A stretch of DNA of 26,227 bases from a virus. The stretch lies in the UHGV virus genome UHGV-1489845; one strand, written 5' to 3'. A model generated the notes under the pieces. That model did no database searches. It saw only the letters and a program-made list of their open reading frames with translations, and was not told where the DNA came from. The position numbers and the translations under genes were made by a program. Positions 23,815 to 26,227 of the stretch are shown one piece after another. Numbering within the stretch: position 1 is the stretch's first letter; the number at the start of each line of letters is the position of its first letter.

Positions 23815-24225
23815 ATGGCTCAGGTTGCCATTTTTAAACAAATATTCGATAAAGTGCGAAATAATTTAAACTATCACTGGTTTTATTCTGAACTAAAACG
23901 TCACAATGTCTCACATTACATTTACTATTTAGCCACAGAGAATATTCATCTTGTTCTTGAAAACGATAATACGGTTTTAATAAAAGGACAGAGTAAGGTT
24001 GTAAATGTAAGATTTTCAAAAAATAAATGCCTTATAGAAGCCACCTTAAAAGGATTCAAATCAGGAGAGTTATCATTTTACGAATACAGGAAAAATCTTG
24101 CTACAGCAGGGGTTTTCAGATGGATTACAAATATCCACGAAAACAAAAGGTATTACTATACCTTTGATAATTCATTACTCTTTACTGAGAACATTCAGAA
24201 CACTACACAAATATTTCCGCACTAA
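23815..24225 (+). CDS. Hypothetical protein (136 aa from internal Met), possibly DUF1398 (YdfO/YbcV-like) - unverified
   Basis: ORF 23800..24225; GGAAGG sits 7 nt upstream of the ATG at 23815 ([31 protein letters not shown]...). Strongly AT-rich relative to the flanking phage genes, so a stop-free reading frame of this length is unlikely by chance. No recognisable catalytic motif. Confidence 0.65.
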   Translation: MAQVAIFKQIFDKVRNNLNYHWFYSELKRHNVSHYIYYLATENIHLVLENDNTVLIKGQSKVVNVRFSKNKCLIEATLKGFKSGELSFYEYRKNLATAGVFRWITNIHENKRYYYTFDNSLLFTENIQNTTQIFPH

Positions 24226-24483
24226 ATCATAACGTCCGGTTTCTTCCGTGCCAGAACCGGACTCGCTGGCATGATGAAATATGTGTACCCGGTAACCCCG
24301 GTGTGCATCGTTATTGATTATTCCCGCACACTCGCGCAGAAGGAGTTCCCCGTCGGGCTACGGTCTCTGTTAATACGGGAATACGGCGACGATACAGCGC
24401 ATGATGTGTCAGGCTTGAATACCTTTATCCTTTAAAAGGGATATCAGTTAAGTTATCCCGTGTAGGGTATAAGCCATTATCAA

Positions 24484-24510
24484 AGCCACTCTGTAGGAAG
24501 TGGCTTTTGT
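24484..24510 (+). terminator. Plus-strand terminator-like hairpin downstream of the convergent cassette
   Basis: AGCCACU-CUGUAGGA-AGUGGCU followed by UUUUGU; part of a longer imperfect inverted repeat 24474..24515. Confidence 0.4.
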
Positions 24511-24513
24511 AAT

Positions 24514-24543
24514 GGCAATAAAAAGCCCCGCGAATGCGAGGCT
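24514..24543 (-). terminator. Minus-strand terminator-like hairpin downstream of Rz
   Basis: Minus-strand RNA GCCUCGC-AUUC-GCGGGGC (one G-U pair) followed by UUUUUAUUGCC. Confidence 0.4.
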
Positions 24544-24716
24544 AAATCCTGGTATTTGTAATGACTGGCTCTTATCTCAACGCAGCCCCTTACCGCGCGC
24601 AAAATGCTCAATATCAAGCATCAGCAATGAGATGTTTAATCTGGATTCACTCCAGAAGTGAGCACCACCCTGTCTACAGAGCCAGATGTGAAGGATGATG
24701 AGTAAAATTATCGCTA

Positions 24717-25184
24717 TCATCGAAGGCATTGCGTCCTGATGTATTCCTGAAGCGTTCTCAATGCTGTTTGGTCGCGGATAATTCCGTCCCGGATACCGAG
24801 AACGTTTCGTCCAGCAACTGGAGAGAGTTCGACGGTGGCATCATTGCCCATGCCGGAGGCGCTGGAGGTTTCGGCTGAGGATGGCACAGGGCATTTTCCT
24901 TTGACGAGCACCCGACCACCATTATCAAGCTTGCGCCGAAGAGCATCATTTTCAGCTTTCGCATCAGCTAACTCCTTTGTGTATTTATCATCGAGTGCAT
25001 CAGCATCACGCTGGCGCTGCTGCATGTCAGTAATGGTGGCGTTCGCCTTCTCCAGTTCACTGGCCTTGTTATCGCGCTGTTCTTTGTAGGCGATTGCATT
25101 ATCACGGTAATGATTAACAGCCCATGACAGGCAGACGATGATGCAGATAACCAGAGCGGAGATAATCGCGGTTACCCTGCTCAT
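24717..25184 (-). CDS. Rz: Spanin inner-membrane subunit Rz (i-spanin)
   Basis: ORF 24717..25196; from the ATG at 25184 ([31 protein letters not shown]...) the N-terminal half matches lambda Rz; start overlaps the R stop as ATGA. C-terminal half diverges from lambda. Confidence 0.8.
   Translation of the reverse strand: MSRVTAIISALVICIIVCLSWAVNHYRDNAIAYKEQRDNKASELEKANATITDMQQRQRDADALDDKYTKELADAKAENDALRRKLDNGGRVLVKGKCPVPSSAETSSASGMGNDATVELSPVAGRNVLGIRDGIIRDQTALRTLQEYIRTQCLR
24758..24964 (-). CDS. Rz1: Spanin outer-membrane lipoprotein Rz1 (o-spanin), embedded in Rz in the +1 frame
   Basis: 68-aa [24 protein letters not shown]...PKPPAPPAW...; signal peptide with lipobox (VVGC) and a Pro-rich segment, as in lambda Rz1; lies wholly inside Rz. 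Confidence 0.75.
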   Translation of the reverse strand: MRKLKMMLFGASLIMVVGCSSKENALCHPQPKPPAPPAWAMMPPSNSLQLLDETFSVSGTELSATKQH

Positions 25185-25678
25185 TGTTGCCCCCACAAAC
25201 AGACCTCACGCTCAATCTCACGACGAGCCATGAGACCTTTCCATTGCTTACCGCCAGCATATGTCCAGCGACGTAGCTGATCACATGCGCCTTTGATATC
25301 GCCCTGGTTTATTTTGCGAAGAAGCGTCGATGTTCTGAAATTGCCAGCACCCACGTTGTAAACGAATGAGTAAAGAGCGCCGCGCGTTGTTTCCGGTATA
25401 TCGACTTTGATGTACGGGTTAATTTGTCTGGCGACAGTGGCAAGGTCTTTATTCAAGAGTGCTTTGCATTCTGCTTTGGTATACGTTTTACCGAGCATGA
25501 TGTCTTTTCCTGTATGCCCGTGACATACAGTCCATACACCAACAATATCTTTGTATGGTATGTAGCTGACACCCTCCAGACCATCGTTACCACTTGAGCC
25601 AGTGATTAACACTGATGCTATAGCAATTGCTCCGCCACCAATAGCAGCAGCAACGGCTTTTCGTAATGATGGAGGCAT
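25181..25678 (-). CDS. R: SAR endolysin (T4-lysozyme-like muramidase with N-terminal signal-arrest-release domain)
   Basis: 165-aa ORF; Gly/Ala-rich weakly hydrophobic N-terminus ([20 protein letters not shown]), then E-x8-D-x5-T ([16 protein letters not shown]) typical of phage-21-type endolysins. Resembles E. coli DLP12 RrrD as I recall it. Confidence 0.85.
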   Translation of the reverse strand: MPPSLRKAVAAAIGGGAIAIASVLITGSSGNDGLEGVSYIPYKDIVGVWTVCHGHTGKDIMLGKTYTKAECKALLNKDLATVARQINPYIKVDIPETTRGALYSFVYNVGAGNFRTSTLLRKINQGDIKGACDQLRRWTYAGGKQWKGLMARREIEREVCLWGQQ

Positions 25679-25893
25679 TATTCACCTCTCGCAGCCTTGC
25701 GCTTATCTTCTTTAATCTTGAAATAAAGGTTTGTCAGGTACGTCAGCAGGCCAAATACCAAGCTACCCAGCACACCTATTGCTGCCCACTGTGAGGGCGT
25801 GACTTTATCGAGCAGCTGTAAAAACCAGTAGCCAGCACTGCCTGCGGAGGTGCCGTAGGCAATGCCCGTTGTTAACTTATCCATGGATTTCAT
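25678..25893 (-). CDS. S: Pinholin (phage-21 S-type class II holin) with dual-start motif
   Basis: 71-aa [63 protein letters not shown]...; two hydrophobic segments, Met1/Met4 dual start, strong RBS GGAGGTGAGG; TAATG overlap with R. Confidence 0.85.
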   Translation of the reverse strand: MKSMDKLTTGIAYGTSAGSAGYWFLQLLDKVTPSQWAAIGVLGSLVFGLLTYLTNLYFKIKEDKRKAARGE

Positions 25894-25985
25894 AGCCTCA
25901 CCTCCGCAAATAACGGATGGTGTACACGGTTCGGAACGAAGAGGAAAGGTATAGAAGTTACATTAGCGTAAGGCTTGAACATCTA

Positions 25986-26020
25986 TTCAAAAAGAAAAAC
26001 GCCAGCGATTATTCTGGCGT
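25986..26020 (-). terminator. tR'-like intrinsic terminator in the late leader
   Basis: Minus-strand RNA ACGCCAG-AAUAAUCG-CUGGCGU followed by UUUUUCUUUUUG, about 95 nt upstream of the S start. Confidence 0.5.
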
Positions 26021-26125
26021 AGCTGAAAGCATCATACAATTATCAAATACGAAAATTACAAAATCATTAAAACGCATCACGTTACATCATGTCTTTTTCT
26101 AAAAAAAGTCGGTAATGACTCCAAC
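26021..26125 (-). promoter_or_regulatory. Predicted late promoter (pR'-like) / Q-utilisation region
   Basis: Position only: AT-rich about 105 bp between the upstream gene stop (26126) and the leader terminator. Candidate -10 TATGAT and -35-like TTGTAA are present but I could not define a convincing promoter. Confidence 0.3.
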
Positions 26126-26227
26126 TTATTGATAGTGTTTTATGTTCAGATAATGCCCGATGACTTTGTCATGCAGCTCCACCGATTTTGAGAACGACAG
26201 CGACTTCCGTCCCAGCCGTGCCAGGTG
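26126..26227 (-). CDS. 3' end of a gene entering from beyond the window end; probable late antiterminator Q (C-terminal 33 codons only)
   Basis: Minus-strand frame from 26227 reads [33 protein letters not shown] then TAA at 26128..26126. Assignment as Q is by position upstream of the late promoter and lysis cassette; I do not recognise the peptide. Confidence 0.35.

Noticed and set aside
23834-24019. 61-aa minus-strand ORF inside cassette gene 2
   Set aside because: Shorter and lacking an RBS; the plus-strand frame has a good Shine-Dalgarno and spans the whole AT-rich island.
24546-24716. 45-codon plus-strand ORF (MTGSYLNAAPYRAQ...) and a 51-codon minus-strand ORF overlapping the Rz 3' end
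   Set aside because: Short, no RBS; one overlaps Rz out of frame. Cannot be separated from chance ORFs without comparative data.
25917-26102. 61-aa plus-strand ORF in the late regulatory region
   Set aside because: Overlaps the predicted late leader and terminator on the opposite strand; AT-rich, no RBS; the region is better explained as promoter and leader.
26021-26125. Possible toxin cargo (e.g. stx) between Q and S
   Set aside because: Only about 230 bp separate the upstream gene stop from S, so no such genes can be present in this window.

Overview
This window is the late (morphogenesis and lysis) region of a lambda-like siphovirus, almost certainly a prophage or circular form, read in reverse: nearly all genes are on the minus strand. 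Identification rests on my recognition of the translated ORFs as phage lambda proteins and on lambda gene order; no database search was run. From high to low coordinates the minus strand carries: the C-terminal end of a probable Q gene, a short late leader with terminator, a phage-21-type lysis cassette (pinholin S, SAR endolysin R, Rz with embedded Rz1), a cos site with lambda's cosN 12-mer, then Nu1-A-W-B-C(Nu3)-D-E-FI-FII-Z-U-V-G/T-H-M-L-K-I-J-lom-stf-tfa, with tfa running off the window start. The only clearly non-lambda block is an AT-rich, plus-strand (convergent) two-gene cassette between cos and the lysis genes, followed by about 490 bp with no assigned gene and a convergent terminator pair. 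That cassette is the best candidate for an uncharacterised accessory system. Other points of interest are mosaicism in the receptor-binding proteins (J C-terminus, Stf central domain and an expanded Ala/Ser/Thr repeat), a divergent Lom N-terminus and the swapped lysis cassette. No tRNA, CRISPR array, integrase or att site was seen.
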